64,000 bases of DNA from Candidatus Stercoripulliclostridium merdipullorum (GTDB taxonomy: Bacteria; Bacillota; Clostridia; Christensenellales; DTU072): positions 13,959-77,958 of the forward strand of contig DVOH01000013.1 of the NCBI GenBank assembly GCA_018713745.1. Reading direction: 5' to 3'. Under the pieces are notes generated by a model. It saw nothing but the letters and a program-made list of their open reading frames with translations. It ran no database searches and was not told the origin of the DNA. This document shows positions 16,932 through 29,646 of this stretch, piece after piece (position 1 is the first letter of the stretch; every line of letters begins with the position of its first letter). Position numbers and translations under genes: made by a program.

Positions 16932-18683
16932 CTACCCGATCAGCGCCGCGATTTCGGCTTTCATTTCCTGTTCGATCTCTTTGAATTTTTCCCGCACGTC
17001 GGCTTCTTCGACGTATTTGCTGCGACCGATTTTTTCTTTGACGTCAAGGGCTAAGATGTCTTCGACGTCAACGTTCTTTTCGAGCGCGGACAATCCGAGA
17101 TCGTAGTTGGTCAAAATCAATTTCAGCATCCCGAATTGCTTGGGAAGGGATGCATAAGTATCGATTTCGTGAAACGCGTTTTGGTGCAGATAGTCCTCGC
17201 GGAGGGACTTGGCGCAGTCCATGGTCAGACGGTCTTTTGCGCCCAACGCGTCCATACCGACAAGACGGACGATTTCGTTGAGCTGTGCTTCTTCTTGCAG
17301 AATGCTCATGGCTCTTTGGCGCAGTACGTTCCACTCCGCCCCGATATGCTCTTCGTACCATTCGCCGAGACGGTCGCTATAGAGGCTGTAACTGGTCAAC
17401 CAGTCGATTGCGGGGAAGTGGCGTTTGTAAGCAAGCGCCGAGCTCAGCCCCCAGAACACTTTGACAATGCGAAGCGTCGCTTGGCTGACAGGTTCGGAAA
17501 TATCGCCGCCCGGAGGGCTGACCGCGCCGATCGCGCTGACCGATCCGATCAAACCCTTGCTGCCGAGCACCTGAACGATTCCGGCGCGCTCATAAAATTC
17601 GGCAAGACGGGAAGAGAGATATGCGGGATACCCTTCTTCACCGGGCATTTCTTCGAGTCGACCGCTCATTTCGCGCAAAGCTTCCGCCCAACGGGAAGTA
17701 CTGTCTGCCATGATGGCGACGTTATAGCCCATATCACGGAAGTATTCGGCAATCGTGATGCCGGTGTAAATGCTTGCTTCCCGCGCCGCAACGGGCATAT
17801 CGGAAGTATTGGCGATCAGAACGGTACGCTTCATCAACGGTTCACCCGACTTGGGGTCTTTGAGTTCGGGGAACTCGTTGAGAACGTCGGTCATTTCGTT
17901 GCCGCGCTCGCCGCATCCGACATAAACGATGATGTCCGCGTCTGCCCATTTGGCAAGCTGATGCTGAACAACGGTTTTGCCCGAACCGAACGGACCGGGT
18001 ACGGAAGCGACACCCCCTTTCGTAATGGGGAAGAAGGTATCGATTACGCGTTGACCCGTCACCATCGGGATATTGGGAGGGAGTTTTTCGGCATAAGGAC
18101 GCCCTTTGCGGACGGGGCATTTCTGCAGCATGGTCAGCGGTTTATAGGTGCCGTCGGCAAGCTCGATCTCGCAGATTTTGTCGTCGACGGTAAATTCGCC
18201 GCTTTTGATCAGCGCGATTTTGCCTTCAACGCCGGCGGGAACCATGATTTTGTGGCGGATCAGAACGTTTTCCTGTACAAATCCGATCTCATCGCCCGCG
18301 CTGACGACGTCGCCTTTGCGTACGGTGGCGACAAATTCCCATTTTTTGGAATGGTCCAGCGCACTGACTTCGACGCCGCGTGCGATACGATCGCCCGATT
18401 GACTGCGCAGCGCCATCAAAGGCCGCTGAATCCCGTCGTAAATCCCTTCGATCAAACCGGGTCCCAATTCGACCGAAAGAGGCATTTCGGTGCTGACGAC
18501 TTCGTCGCCGGGGCCGATCCCCGCGGTTTCTTCGTAAACCTGAATCGACGCCTTATCGCCGCGCAACTCGATGATTTCGCCGATCAGACGGTCTTTGCCG
18601 ACCCGAACGACGTCATACATCTTGCTTTCGCCCATTCCGCCCGCAACGATCAGAGGACCGGAAACTTTGATGATTTTTCCCAT
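16932..18683 (-). CDS. ntpA: A/V-type ATPase subunit A
   Basis: Walker [39 protein letters not shown]. Start moved to ATG at 18683 behind AAGGAG. Confidence 0.97.
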   Translation of the reverse strand: MGKIIKVSGPLIVAGGMGESKMYDVVRVGKDRLIGEIIELRGDKASIQVYEETAGIGPGDEVVSTEMPLSVELGPGLIEGIYDGIQRPLMALRSQSGDRIARGVEVSALDHSKKWEFVATVRKGDVVSAGDEIGFVQENVLIRHKIMVPAGVEGKIALIKSGEFTVDDKICEIELADGTYKPLTMLQKCPVRKGRPYAEKLPPNIPMVTGQRVIDTFFPITKGGVASVPGPFGSGKTVVQHQLAKWADADIIVYVGCGERGNEMTDVLNEFPELKDPKSGEPLMKRTVLIANTSDMPVAAREASIYTGITIAEYFRDMGYNVAIMADSTSRWAEALREMSGRLEEMPGEEGYPAYLSSRLAEFYERAGIVQVLGSKGLIGSVSAIGAVSPPGGDISEPVSQATLRIVKVFWGLSSALAYKRHFPAIDWLTSYSLYSDRLGEWYEEHIGAEWNVLRQRAMSILQEEAQLNEIVRLVGMDALGAKDRLTMDCAKSLREDYLHQNAFHEIDTYASLPKQFGMLKLILTNYDLGLSALEKNVDVEDILALDVKEKIGRSKYVEEADVREKFKEIEQEMKAEIAALIG

Positions 18684-18715
18684 TGAAAACTCCTTTTGCG
18701 GCAAAGCCGCTGAAC

Positions 18716-19039
18716 CTATTTGTTGTTGAACAGAATGTCCGAGCCGATTGCCTTTTCGACATCCTTCGAGATCCCTTTCAGCCCGAATCCCGTGGTGCCT
18801 TGCGCCCCGGGGATGGGGATGACGGCAGGATACGGCCGCGCTTTGTAGCGGGCAAGGATTTCGGGAATGGTTTCGGCGATATCTTCGGTAATGAAGATGA
18901 CGGAATACTCCCGCGCAAGTTTTTTGAGACGCGCTTCGGCGTCAAACACCGTCTTTGCGTCGAACACGTCGACGCCGAGGGCTTTGAACGCCAGAACGCT
19001 GTCTTTATCGCCGATGACGGCAATCCTGTTATTCGGCAT
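18716..19039 (-). CDS. ntpG: A/V-type ATPase subunit F (NtpG in Enterococcus hirae naming)
   Basis: [17 protein letters not shown]...PAVIPIP...VEKAIGSDI. Confidence 0.93.
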   Translation of the reverse strand: MPNNRIAVIGDKDSVLAFKALGVDVFDAKTVFDAEARLKKLAREYSVIFITEDIAETIPEILARYKARPYPAVIPIPGAQGTTGFGLKGISKDVEKAIGSDILFNNK

Positions 19040-20015
19040 AAACGGACCTCAGTCTTTTTTTGATTTCGGCGCGTTGTACCCCGTTTTTGATGCAAACGAG
19101 GACAATGCGGAGCACTTTGATTTCGGTTTGTTTGGCGATATAATATCCCATCACGGGCGCGACCGAAAAGATATCGTGGCGCTCTTTGCGGAAAATATCG
19201 AGGAGATAATTGTCGCGCGCGGTGTCAAACCCTTCCAATCCGCTTTCGAGATAACGCTCGTAAAGCCCCTTGTAATCTTTGCCGCGCAACAACTCCGGAA
19301 GTTTTGCCTCCGCGTCGGCAAACGCACCCTTGAATTCGGACTCCGCAATATCGCCGCCTTCGACGAAATTGGAGGCAAAAAATGCATAGCTTCCGCCGAT
19401 TTTCGCCGTTCGCAGGAAGGACGCGATGTTGAGAGAATCGACCAGAACGGTAAAGTAACGTTTGACTTCGGGCGCGATGCGCGGAGCCGACAAACGCTCT
19501 TTGATGTCGAGATACATTGCCCGATCCAGTAAGGTATCGATCAGACGGGGACTTTTTTGGGTGACGAAGGCTTTTTTGATCGCGCGAACCGCTTCGTCGA
19601 TGAAGGGATTGATGCGAACTTCTTCGGCGGCAAGTTTCTCTTTGAGTTCGGCAACGGGAATCAAACCGCCTTCGAGCAGCATATCGGCGGGATCGGAATC
19701 CTGATATTTTGCTTTCAGCAGCGCCTTGACGTTGTGATAGTCGGCTTTTAAGAAAAAGCACTCGAATCCTACCCCTTCGGGCGCGGTTTCTGAGATAAAT
19801 TTGACGAGAATGCTTTCCTCCGCCTTCAAAATCTTCTCAAACCGATACGGATCGTCCAAGATCATACCGCCGCCGCAACCCGCTTCGACCAGAATCCGGA
19901 CGGCGTCTTCGACGCGGGTGCAATCGAGCATCCGATTCAGACGCTCGGAGCTGAACAATCCCTCTTCTTTGGCCTTGACGACGGCATTGGCGAACAACAG
20001 ATCTTCTCTCATCAC
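19029..20015 (-). CDS. ntpC: A/V-type ATPase subunit C
   Basis: DYHNVKALLK, D.NI..FLR, PVMGYYIAKQTEIK.LR; operon position. Confidence 0.9.
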   Translation of the reverse strand: MMREDLLFANAVVKAKEEGLFSSERLNRMLDCTRVEDAVRILVEAGCGGGMILDDPYRFEKILKAEESILVKFISETAPEGVGFECFFLKADYHNVKALLKAKYQDSDPADMLLEGGLIPVAELKEKLAAEEVRINPFIDEAVRAIKKAFVTQKSPRLIDTLLDRAMYLDIKERLSAPRIAPEVKRYFTVLVDSLNIASFLRTAKIGGSYAFFASNFVEGGDIAESEFKGAFADAEAKLPELLRGKDYKGLYERYLESGLEGFDTARDNYLLDIFRKERHDIFSVAPVMGYYIAKQTEIKVLRIVLVCIKNGVQRAEIKKRLRSVYAE

Positions 20016-20590
20016 CGTTCTCCAAACAGTTTTTCGGCGACCTCGGCTTCGATCTCCTCGCGCAACGCCTGCAGCTCGACGTCGAAGGAAAGATTTTTTT
20101 CCATATTACCCGACGCGATGACGACGCCCCCGCTGATCGGCACATACTCCGAAGCACGGGTCAAGCGGATCTTGCGTTTTTTGCCGAGTTCTTCGACAAA
20201 TTTTTTGGTGATCGTACGCGCGTCGCGTTCGGCAACGTACACGACGTCGCCGTCCTCGGCACACGAAAGCATCCCTTCGATCAGCTCGAGATATTTGGGA
20301 CGAGGTAAAGCGAGGATCTGATCCAACGCCTCTTTGAACGTACGGTCCAGAATCTCCTTTTTGGCACGCAACAGAACTTTTTTGACTTCGAGATTGGCTA
20401 CGCTGATGCGCCGCTTGACAATATCGTCACGGAGCGCAAACGTTTCGGCGACGTTTTTTTGGCGATATTCGGCAATCTCCCGTTCGGTTTCGGCAAGAAG
20501 CTCCCGAGCTTTGGCGTTGCCTTCTTCCAGCGTGGAATTGGCATTTTTACGCGCGTCGTCCAGGATCCTCGAAACGATGGTTTTGGACAT
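20012..20590 (-). CDS. ntpE: A/V-type ATPase subunit E
   Basis: IVSRILDDA coiled-coil N-terminus; ISGGVVI...EKNLSFD; operon position. Confidence 0.9.
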   Translation of the reverse strand: MSKTIVSRILDDARKNANSTLEEGNAKARELLAETEREIAEYRQKNVAETFALRDDIVKRRISVANLEVKKVLLRAKKEILDRTFKEALDQILALPRPKYLELIEGMLSCAEDGDVVYVAERDARTITKKFVEELGKKRKIRLTRASEYVPISGGVVIASGNMEKNLSFDVELQALREEIEAEVAEKLFGER

Positions 20591-20608
20591 AATCAGACCT
20601 CTTGTGGC

Positions 20609-23188
<2,580 letters not shown>

Positions 23189-23202
<14 letters not shown>

Positions 23203-23509
23203 ATCTTGCCCTGAATGCCTCCGCAATCGCTTTTGCCTGCTTTGCGGTTTCGGTGTTGCGGATGAGTTCTTCCCCCGCTTTTTGCCCGATCTCGAGAATT
23301 TCGCGATAGCGTTCTTCCCCTTCCTGCTCCGCCGAGGCAATGATTTTTTTGCGCTCCTCTTTGACCGACTCTTTGGCGGCGGCAATCATTGCCGTACGCT
23401 CGGCTTCGGCGTTGAGATTGACTTCGCGCGCTTCTGCCAGCGCGTCTTTGACGATTTGCTCCGCCTCCGCTTCGGCGGCGACGATTTCGTTGACGATCTC
23501 TTGTATCAC
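23189..23509 (-). CDS. ntpF: A/V-type ATPase peripheral stalk subunit G/H (NtpF-like)
   Basis: Ala/Glu-rich coiled coil IVAAEAEAEQIVKDA; first ATPase gene; GTG start overlaps the rpiB stop. Confidence 0.8.
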
Positions 23510-23958
23510 TTGCCTGCCTCCCGCGCCTCGATCGCGGCAATCTTGTCGATGCGCGTCTGATGACGCCCTCCCTGAAATTGGGAAGTCAAATAAATCTTAA
23601 CCAATTTGTATGCGGTATCGGCGTCGGTAATTCTGCCGCCGATCGCCATGATGTTGGCGTTGTTGTGTTCGCGGCACATTTGAGCCTGAAACGCGTCCGT
23701 GACGTGCGCACAGCGGATGCCTTTGACCTTGTTGGCGGCGATGGAAATTCCGATGCCCGTGCCGCACATCAGAATTCCGAGATCGGCTTCGCCCGCGACG
23801 ACGGCGTCGGCAACCTTGACGGCGTAATCGGGATAATCGACGGACTCGGCAGTAAACGCACCGTAATCGCAGGATTCGTGTCCGCAATCCGCAATGGCTC
23901 TGTTCACGGCGTTTTTCAGGACAATCCCGCCGTGGTCGCAACCGATGGCAATTTTCAT
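23506..23958 (-). CDS. rpiB: Ribose 5-phosphate isomerase B
   Basis: IAIGCDHGG, DYPD, CGTGIGISIAANKVKGIR, HNNAN, FQGGRH..RIDKI. Confidence 0.96.
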   Translation of the reverse strand: MKIAIGCDHGGIVLKNAVNRAIADCGHESCDYGAFTAESVDYPDYAVKVADAVVAGEADLGILMCGTGIGISIAANKVKGIRCAHVTDAFQAQMCREHNNANIMAIGGRITDADTAYKLVKIYLTSQFQGGRHQTRIDKIAAIEAREAGK

Positions 23959-24016
23959 AACGACCTCCTCGGAACTTCGACAAAGGATCTGCGCCCGTCG
24001 AAAAGATATTTATACT

Positions 24017-24045
24017 ATTATACACGAAGCAAGGAGTGCAATCAA
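24017..24045 (-). promoter_or_regulatory. sigmaA promoter of the rpiB-ntp operon
   Basis: TTGATT (24045-24040), 17 nt, extended -10 GTGTATAAT (TATAAT 24022-24017). Confidence 0.75.
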
Positions 24046-24087
24046 GTATTTCGGAAAAAAATGGCAAAAACCCTTTGATCTCTTTCT

Positions 24088-25074
24088 TTAAGAAAGGACG
24101 ACGCCCCCCGTCGATTTGGACAAACGGTTTTGCAAGGAGTAGAATTCTCTGCGATCGGAAAAATCCTCCAGCAGAAGCAGATCGGCTGTTTTTTCGGCGT
24201 TGCGCATTGCCGAAAAGACATTGCGCATGCAATCGGCGGGCGTATTGCCGAGATCGATCACGGGCAAATCTCCGCACGCGCGGACAAACGGCGTCGATCC
24301 GATGATGACGACGCGCGCGCCTTCTTCCATACGACGGCGCGCTTCGCGGGCGGCAACCTCGGGCGAACGGGCGGCCTGACAGGCGCAGGTCGGGGCATAA
24401 TGACGATACTTCATTCCGGGCGCCTCGGCAATCAGAACCTTCCCCTTGAAATCGACGACTTTGCCGAGATATACCGACAGCATCTCCGCCGTGATTGCGC
24501 CGGGACGCAGAACGACGGGAACTTCCTTACTGAGATCGAGGACGGTGCTTTCGATCCCGATATCCGAGCATCCCCCGTCGAGAATCAGCGGAATTCTGCC
24601 GTCCATATCTTCCAGAACGTGACGGGCTTCGGTCGGACTGATCCTGCCCGACACGTTGGCGCTCGGCGCCGCGACCGGACACCCTGCCGCACGAATCAAC
24701 GCCCTTGCAATCGGGTGGTTTGGGATTCTGATTCCGACCGTTCGGAGCCCTCCCGTCGTGGTTTCGGGAAGATCCTCTCGCTTAGGCAATATCAAAGTCA
24801 AGGGACCGGGACTGAATACTTCCATCAAGGCGACGGCGGTTTCGGGGACCGATGCCGCAACCTTTCCGATGTCGGCGGGATCGGCAATATGTACGATCAA
24901 AGGGTTGTCTTGCGGGCGGCCTTTTGCTTCAAAAATTTTGGCGACGGCGCGGGCATTGAAGGCGTCTGCGCCCAGTCCGTAGACCGTTTCGGTCGGAAAA
25001 GCAACAACCTCTCCGTTCCGCAACAGTTCCGCCCCGTATCCGATCTGTTCGATGCCGCCTACAATCGTCTTCAT
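24088..25074 (-). CDS. sua5: L-threonylcarbamoyladenylate synthase (Sua5/YwlC)
   Basis: VAFPTETVYGLGA, KGRPQDNPLIVH, PGPLT, AAPSANVSG, GIESTV, PGMKYRHYAP. Start moved to ATG at 25074, overlapping the upstream stop. Confidence 0.95.
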   Translation of the reverse strand: MKTIVGGIEQIGYGAELLRNGEVVAFPTETVYGLGADAFNARAVAKIFEAKGRPQDNPLIVHIADPADIGKVAASVPETAVALMEVFSPGPLTLILPKREDLPETTTGGLRTVGIRIPNHPIARALIRAAGCPVAAPSANVSGRISPTEARHVLEDMDGRIPLILDGGCSDIGIESTVLDLSKEVPVVLRPGAITAEMLSVYLGKVVDFKGKVLIAEAPGMKYRHYAPTCACQAARSPEVAAREARRRMEEGARVVIIGSTPFVRACGDLPVIDLGNTPADCMRNVFSAMRNAEKTADLLLLEDFSDRREFYSLQNRLSKSTGGVVLS

Positions 25075-26918
25075 CAGCTCAACCTGTAAATAACGCCCCG
25101 TCCGTTTTCGACGGTGATAACGTGCGTTTTCATAAAGACGCCGTCTTGCAGGAAGGTTTCGACCACCGACAGCACTTCGCAACGTTCGGGGATCAGTTGC
25201 GTGCCGTCATTGGCATAAAGCCCGTAGCCTTTGTCCTTGATCAATGTCGTATAAACGCCGTTGCGCAGAGAATATACGTTCTGTAATTCGGTTGCGGCGC
25301 CGTTCTTGCCGATCCGATAGAAGGTACGGAGGGGCAGCGTTTTGTCGGGATCTTCGGGATCTTCGACCATATCGAGCTTGGAGCCCGTCGCATAATCTCC
25401 GACAAAGATCGTCAGCTCGTAATATTCGAACGGAACGGCAATCGAGTCGGTTTCCAGATTAAACGCCCCTGCCATCTGCGTATAATTGTTAAGATTATAT
25501 TCGTAAGCGATCATCATCCCCGAATGAATGGCAACGGGGTCGTAGCCGACTTTGGACTCCAACGCGCGAACGACGACTTCGTTGTCCTGCATGTCGTAAT
25601 AGGACGCATTGCGCGCGGGAATGGCAAACTCGGGGTCGGCGCTCATATAACCTTTTCCGTCGACATATACCAAGGGCATGGCAAGCGATTCGATCAGTTT
25701 GGCGTTCGCGTCGCGATTGTACATGGCAAACGAAACGTCCCAGACGATTTCGTCTTCGATATAATAGTAATAATAGTAATAAACGATCGAATACTCTCCT
25801 TTGGCAACGGAGGAGGTGGGAACAACGGGCTGCGCGTAAAGGGGACGCGCAATGCCGTCTGCCTCTTTGAAGCCTTCGTTGGTATAGGAAGAGTTGAGAG
25901 CGTCCGTCATGGTACGGATATAGTTGTCCGTATAAGGATTGGCGACCAGAACGACGCGATCGGTGGTATAGGTTTGTCCGGACAAAATGTTATAACGCAC
26001 CGAACGGATTTTGAGATAAGTGACGGTATCGGGGTCGTCTTCGTCGGGTTTTGCGATATCGTATCCCGCAAATTCGGAATTGGAGGAATACGTCCCGCTG
26101 AGGATAAACCAATGATTGCCGAGATAATACACCGAAGTCGAAACGCCCGAGGACGACAATCCGTCATCGGCATTGAAGGGCGAATACCGATCGGTACGGA
26201 CAAAACTACCCTTTTCGATTCGATTGAAATCATAAAAGGTTACGGTATTTTTTTGCGCGGTAACGAGATAGGACTGATCGAAGCAATAAAAAGCCGTGCC
26301 GTTTGCGACCTCGGGGATATGAGCGACCTTAAGGGGACGTCTGCCGCTGCGATAGTCGTAAACGGTGGCATACCCGGGATCGGTCACTTCGGTTTCGCCG
26401 TCGCCGAGCATGACGAAATAGCGATCGTCCAAAAACTGCATCTGCGTAATCAGCGGGGCATAATCGTAACTGAAGCCCCATTCCCAGCCCGAGTCTTCGC
26501 CGCGGAATTTGACCAAACCGACCTTGGACTCGAGTTCTGCGCCCTGAATCATAAAGCGCACGACAATGGCGTAATCGCCGAAAATATCCAAAATCCCCGC
26601 ATAGCGCGGCGCAAGATACACTTCGGTATCGGAACAAAGCCCGTAAACGGTATAAAGCGGTTCGGGATCCTCTTCCTCTTCGTCCGCATCGGGATCGTAG
26701 ATATGGTAAGCCGTAATAAACACGTCGCTTTCGGCGTCATAAGAAGCAACCTGTACGCCTTCGGGCAGGGTTAAAGAAACTTCGGCTTTCCGATACGGAT
26801 CCGTCGACGCGAAGTTGTTGAAATAATTCGGAAATTCTCCCGTCTTATCCTTGCACGAACCTAAGGAAACGGCAAGCATCAGCACGAGAAGCAGCAATGC
26901 CGCGACAAATTTTTTCAT
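25074..26918 (-). CDS. Uncharacterised lipoprotein, beta-rich (WG-repeat or propeller-like C-terminus)
   Basis: MKKFVAALLLLVLMLAVSLGS-C lipobox; acidic and aromatic-rich sequence; segments like IAVPFEYYEL and YGLYANDGTQLIPER. Start moved to ATG at 26918. Confidence 0.75.
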   Translation of the reverse strand: MKKFVAALLLLVLMLAVSLGSCKDKTGEFPNYFNNFASTDPYRKAEVSLTLPEGVQVASYDAESDVFITAYHIYDPDADEEEEDPEPLYTVYGLCSDTEVYLAPRYAGILDIFGDYAIVVRFMIQGAELESKVGLVKFRGEDSGWEWGFSYDYAPLITQMQFLDDRYFVMLGDGETEVTDPGYATVYDYRSGRRPLKVAHIPEVANGTAFYCFDQSYLVTAQKNTVTFYDFNRIEKGSFVRTDRYSPFNADDGLSSSGVSTSVYYLGNHWFILSGTYSSNSEFAGYDIAKPDEDDPDTVTYLKIRSVRYNILSGQTYTTDRVVLVANPYTDNYIRTMTDALNSSYTNEGFKEADGIARPLYAQPVVPTSSVAKGEYSIVYYYYYYYIEDEIVWDVSFAMYNRDANAKLIESLAMPLVYVDGKGYMSADPEFAIPARNASYYDMQDNEVVVRALESKVGYDPVAIHSGMMIAYEYNLNNYTQMAGAFNLETDSIAVPFEYYELTIFVGDYATGSKLDMVEDPEDPDKTLPLRTFYRIGKNGAATELQNVYSLRNGVYTTLIKDKGYGLYANDGTQLIPERCEVLSVVETFLQDGVFMKTHVITVENGRGVIYRLS

Positions 26919-26954
26919 AATCCGATTATAGCACAGCGATGCGGGATTCGTCAA
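26916..26954 (-). promoter_or_regulatory. sigmaA promoter, probably giving a leaderless mRNA for the lipoprotein
   Basis: TTGACG (26954-26949), 18 nt, TGcTATAAT (26930-26925), CGGATT, ATG; no Shine-Dalgarno. Confidence 0.7.
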
Positions 26955-27030
26955 CGAACCGCAACGCAATGCCCCTTCTCCCATACGATTCGCGTTTTCA
27001 TAAATCGCCGCGCCTTTCATATAGTTTAGT

Positions 27031-27495
27031 ATGAAACTTTTTAAGAAACTGATTGCCGCCGCGGCAGGACTTGCCTATATCTTTGTCGTCGGATACTGTT
27101 CGGGGATTCTGACCGACACCGCAACCGAATTTTATACCGGGCTGAAGCAAGCCCCCTTTCTGCCGCCCGACGCCGCTTTTCCCATCGTTTGGAGCATTAT
27201 ATACGTCCTGCTCGGCATCCTCGTCGCGGTCGGCGTTTATCGCCCCGAACTCCGCAAGTCCCTCCTTTTGCTCGGAGGGCTGGGCGCACTCAATATTTTG
27301 TGGTGTGCGACGTTTTTTGTGTGGCAGTCCCCCCTCGCCGCTCTCGGAATACTTGCAGTACAGCTTGTCGTCGTGCTTGTCCTGACGGGGTTCTACATCC
27401 GCAACACGCCGTGGCTCTGGTTGGCGATGATTCCCGTTGCGGCGTGGTACGTTTACGCCTTCCTCCTCAATTACGCCGTCGTCCTGCTCAACTGA
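27031..27495 (+). CDS. tspO: TspO/MBR family tryptophan-rich sensory protein
   Basis: FYTGLKQAPFLPP...FPIVWSIIY.LLG, LN.LW...FF, PV.AW..YA.LLN. Confidence 0.88.
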   Translation: MKLFKKLIAAAAGLAYIFVVGYCSGILTDTATEFYTGLKQAPFLPPDAAFPIVWSIIYVLLGILVAVGVYRPELRKSLLLLGGLGALNILWCATFFVWQSPLAALGILAVQLVVVLVLTGFYIRNTPWLWLAMIPVAAWYVYAFLLNYAVVLLN

Positions 27496-27496
27496 A

Positions 27497-27518
27497 AAAC
27501 GCCCCCGAAGGGGCGTTT
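27497..27518. terminator. Terminator between the convergent tspO and rnfB genes
   Basis: AAACGCCCC-CGAA-GGGGCGTTT. Confidence 0.75.
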
Positions 27519-27538
27519 CTTCTTGCAATCACAGTCGG

Positions 27539-28324
27539 TCAGCGAACTTTCAGAATCACCTTTGCCGGGCATTTCTCGGCACAAAGTCCGCAAGCGGTAC
27601 ACAGATTGTAATCGAACTGCGGCAGATTGTTGACCATCTTGATCGCGCCGACGGGGCAGGCTTTGGCGCACAGCCCGCATCCGATGCACCCGTTTTTACA
27701 TACGGCGCGCACGTCTTTGCCGCGATCGGTATTGGAACAGGCGACATAGTAAGTCGCGTCTTTCGGAATGCGCTTCATCAGTTTTTTCGGACAGTTGCGG
27801 ATACAGGCACCGCACTGAATACAATTCTGCTGATTGACGTACGCCACCCCGTCGCGGATTTCGACGGCATGATAGGCGCAGGCATTAACGCAAGTCCCCA
27901 TGCCCATACAGCCGACGGGGCACGCCTTTCTGCCCCCCGCCAACAATTCGACCGAAGCGCAGTCGCCGTATCCCTGATACGAATACTTGTCGGCGCAGGC
28001 GTTGCCGCCATTGCAGGCGCATACGACGATCGTCTCTTCGTCCACTACACCTTCGCCCCCGAGAACGGCAAGGATTTTTTCTTTATTCTCCTTGGACGTA
28101 ACACTGCAGTCCCCGAGTTTTGCCGTGCCTTCCACAACGGCTTTTGCAAAATCGGCACAACCCGCTTTGCCGCAGGCGCCGCAGTTTGCCCCTGCCAGAA
28201 GATCGTTGACGCTCTCGATCCGAGGATCCTCCTTGACGGCAAACTTTTTGGAACAGTAGGCAATCGCAATCCCGAATACGATTGCGATCACGGTAAGAAT
28301 CAGGACGGGAAACACAATTTCCAT
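27539..28324 (-). CDS. rnfB: Rnf electron transport complex subunit B
   Basis: N-terminal TM; LAGANCGACG..GC; CPVGCMGMGTCVNAC, CIQCGACIRNCP, CIGCGLCAKACP, CTACGLCAEKCP. Confidence 0.95.
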   Translation of the reverse strand: MEIVFPVLILTVIAIVFGIAIAYCSKKFAVKEDPRIESVNDLLAGANCGACGKAGCADFAKAVVEGTAKLGDCSVTSKENKEKILAVLGGEGVVDEETIVVCACNGGNACADKYSYQGYGDCASVELLAGGRKACPVGCMGMGTCVNACAYHAVEIRDGVAYVNQQNCIQCGACIRNCPKKLMKRIPKDATYYVACSNTDRGKDVRAVCKNGCIGCGLCAKACPVGAIKMVNNLPQFDYNLCTACGLCAEKCPAKVILKVR

Positions 28325-28333
28325 ACAGCCCTC

Positions 28334-28915
28334 CTAAAACATCAATCCGCTGAACGCGGCAAATCCCATCGACATCAGAGATGCGGCAATCAGCGTAATC
28401 GGAAACCCTTTGAAGGGTTTCGGGATATCCGAAGTTTCCAGTTTTTCGCGAATCCCGGCAAGAATCAGAATGGCAATCGTAAAGCCCACGCCGCTTGCGA
28501 TCCCGTTGATAAAGGCATACCACACGGTTTGCTCGGCAAGCGAAGTGACGTTCATGATCGCAACGCCCAAAACGGCACAGTTGGTCGTGATCAAAGGAAG
28601 ATACACGCCCAGCGCGCTGTACAAAGACGGACTGAAGCGTTTGACGACGACCTCGACGATCTGAATCAGCGAAGCAATGACCAGGATGAACACGATGGTC
28701 TGCAGATACTGAATGCCGACCTCAACCAACAGAAGGTTCAGCCCGTAAGTGATGACGCTTGCCACCCCCATGACGAAAATAACCGCACAGCCCATGCCGA
28801 GGGCGGTTTCGGTTTTTTTGCTGACGCCGAGGAAGGGGCAGATTCCGAGGAACTGCGACAGAATAAAGTTGTTGACAAAAACGGCATTGATGATGATCAG
28901 AATGACGTACGGCAT
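28334..28915 (-). CDS. rnfA: Rnf complex subunit A
   Basis: VFVNNFILSQFLGICPFLGVS, YLPLITTNCAVLG. Confidence 0.96.
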   Translation of the reverse strand: MPYVILIIINAVFVNNFILSQFLGICPFLGVSKKTETALGMGCAVIFVMGVASVITYGLNLLLVEVGIQYLQTIVFILVIASLIQIVEVVVKRFSPSLYSALGVYLPLITTNCAVLGVAIMNVTSLAEQTVWYAFINGIASGVGFTIAILILAGIREKLETSDIPKPFKGFPITLIAASLMSMGFAAFSGLMF

Positions 28916-29646
28916 TATTGAACCCCTCCTTCCTCATCGGCACGTTCTGCCAATTCGACGGCGGCTTGCATTTCGGGAGAATCTTTTTTCGCCGAAAGAG
29001 CGGCGCGACGCGCGGCGCGTTTGCGATCGATTGCGTCAAAAATCTGATTGTAAACAACCATCAGCAATCCGAAGGCGAGGAAGCCCCCCGCGGGCAGAAT
29101 AAAAATCGTCATGGCGACATCCTGCAATCCGGGGATGGCATAACCGAAGACCGAGCCTGCGCCCAAAAACTCACGGAACAAGCCCATAAACGTCAGCGAA
29201 ACCGTAAATCCGAGACCGATGCCCAGTCCGTCCATCATCGACGGCAGGACGGGGTTGACCGAAGCAAAGGATTCGGCGCGGGCAAGGACGATACAGTTGA
29301 CGACGATCAGCGGAATAAACAGCCCTAACGTTTCGTACAAATCGGGCAATGCGTAATTCATCACCATTTCGACAACGGTACTGAAGGTTGCGATGACCAG
29401 GATAAAGCACGGGATGCGCACTTTTTGGGGGATAAAGTTGCGCAGAAGGGAGACGATGGCGTTTGCGCCGATCAGAACGAACGTCGTTGCCAGTCCCATC
29501 GAAAGCCCGTTGATCGCGCTGGTCGTAACGGCAAGCGTGGGACAGGTGCCGAGTACCAAGCGGAACACGGGATTGTTTTTGACAATGCCCGCAGGAAGCG
29601 GAGCAACGATTTCGGAAAGGGAAAGATTGGTGCGTTTTTTAGCCAT
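28915..29646 (-). CDS. rnfE: Rnf complex subunit E
   Basis: NNPVFRLVLGTCPTLAVT, GLFIPLIVVNCIVLARAE, LPAGGF. Confidence 0.96.
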   Translation of the reverse strand: MAKKRTNLSLSEIVAPLPAGIVKNNPVFRLVLGTCPTLAVTTSAINGLSMGLATTFVLIGANAIVSLLRNFIPQKVRIPCFILVIATFSTVVEMVMNYALPDLYETLGLFIPLIVVNCIVLARAESFASVNPVLPSMMDGLGIGLGFTVSLTFMGLFREFLGAGSVFGYAIPGLQDVAMTIFILPAGGFLAFGLLMVVYNQIFDAIDRKRAARRAALSAKKDSPEMQAAVELAERADEEGGVQ

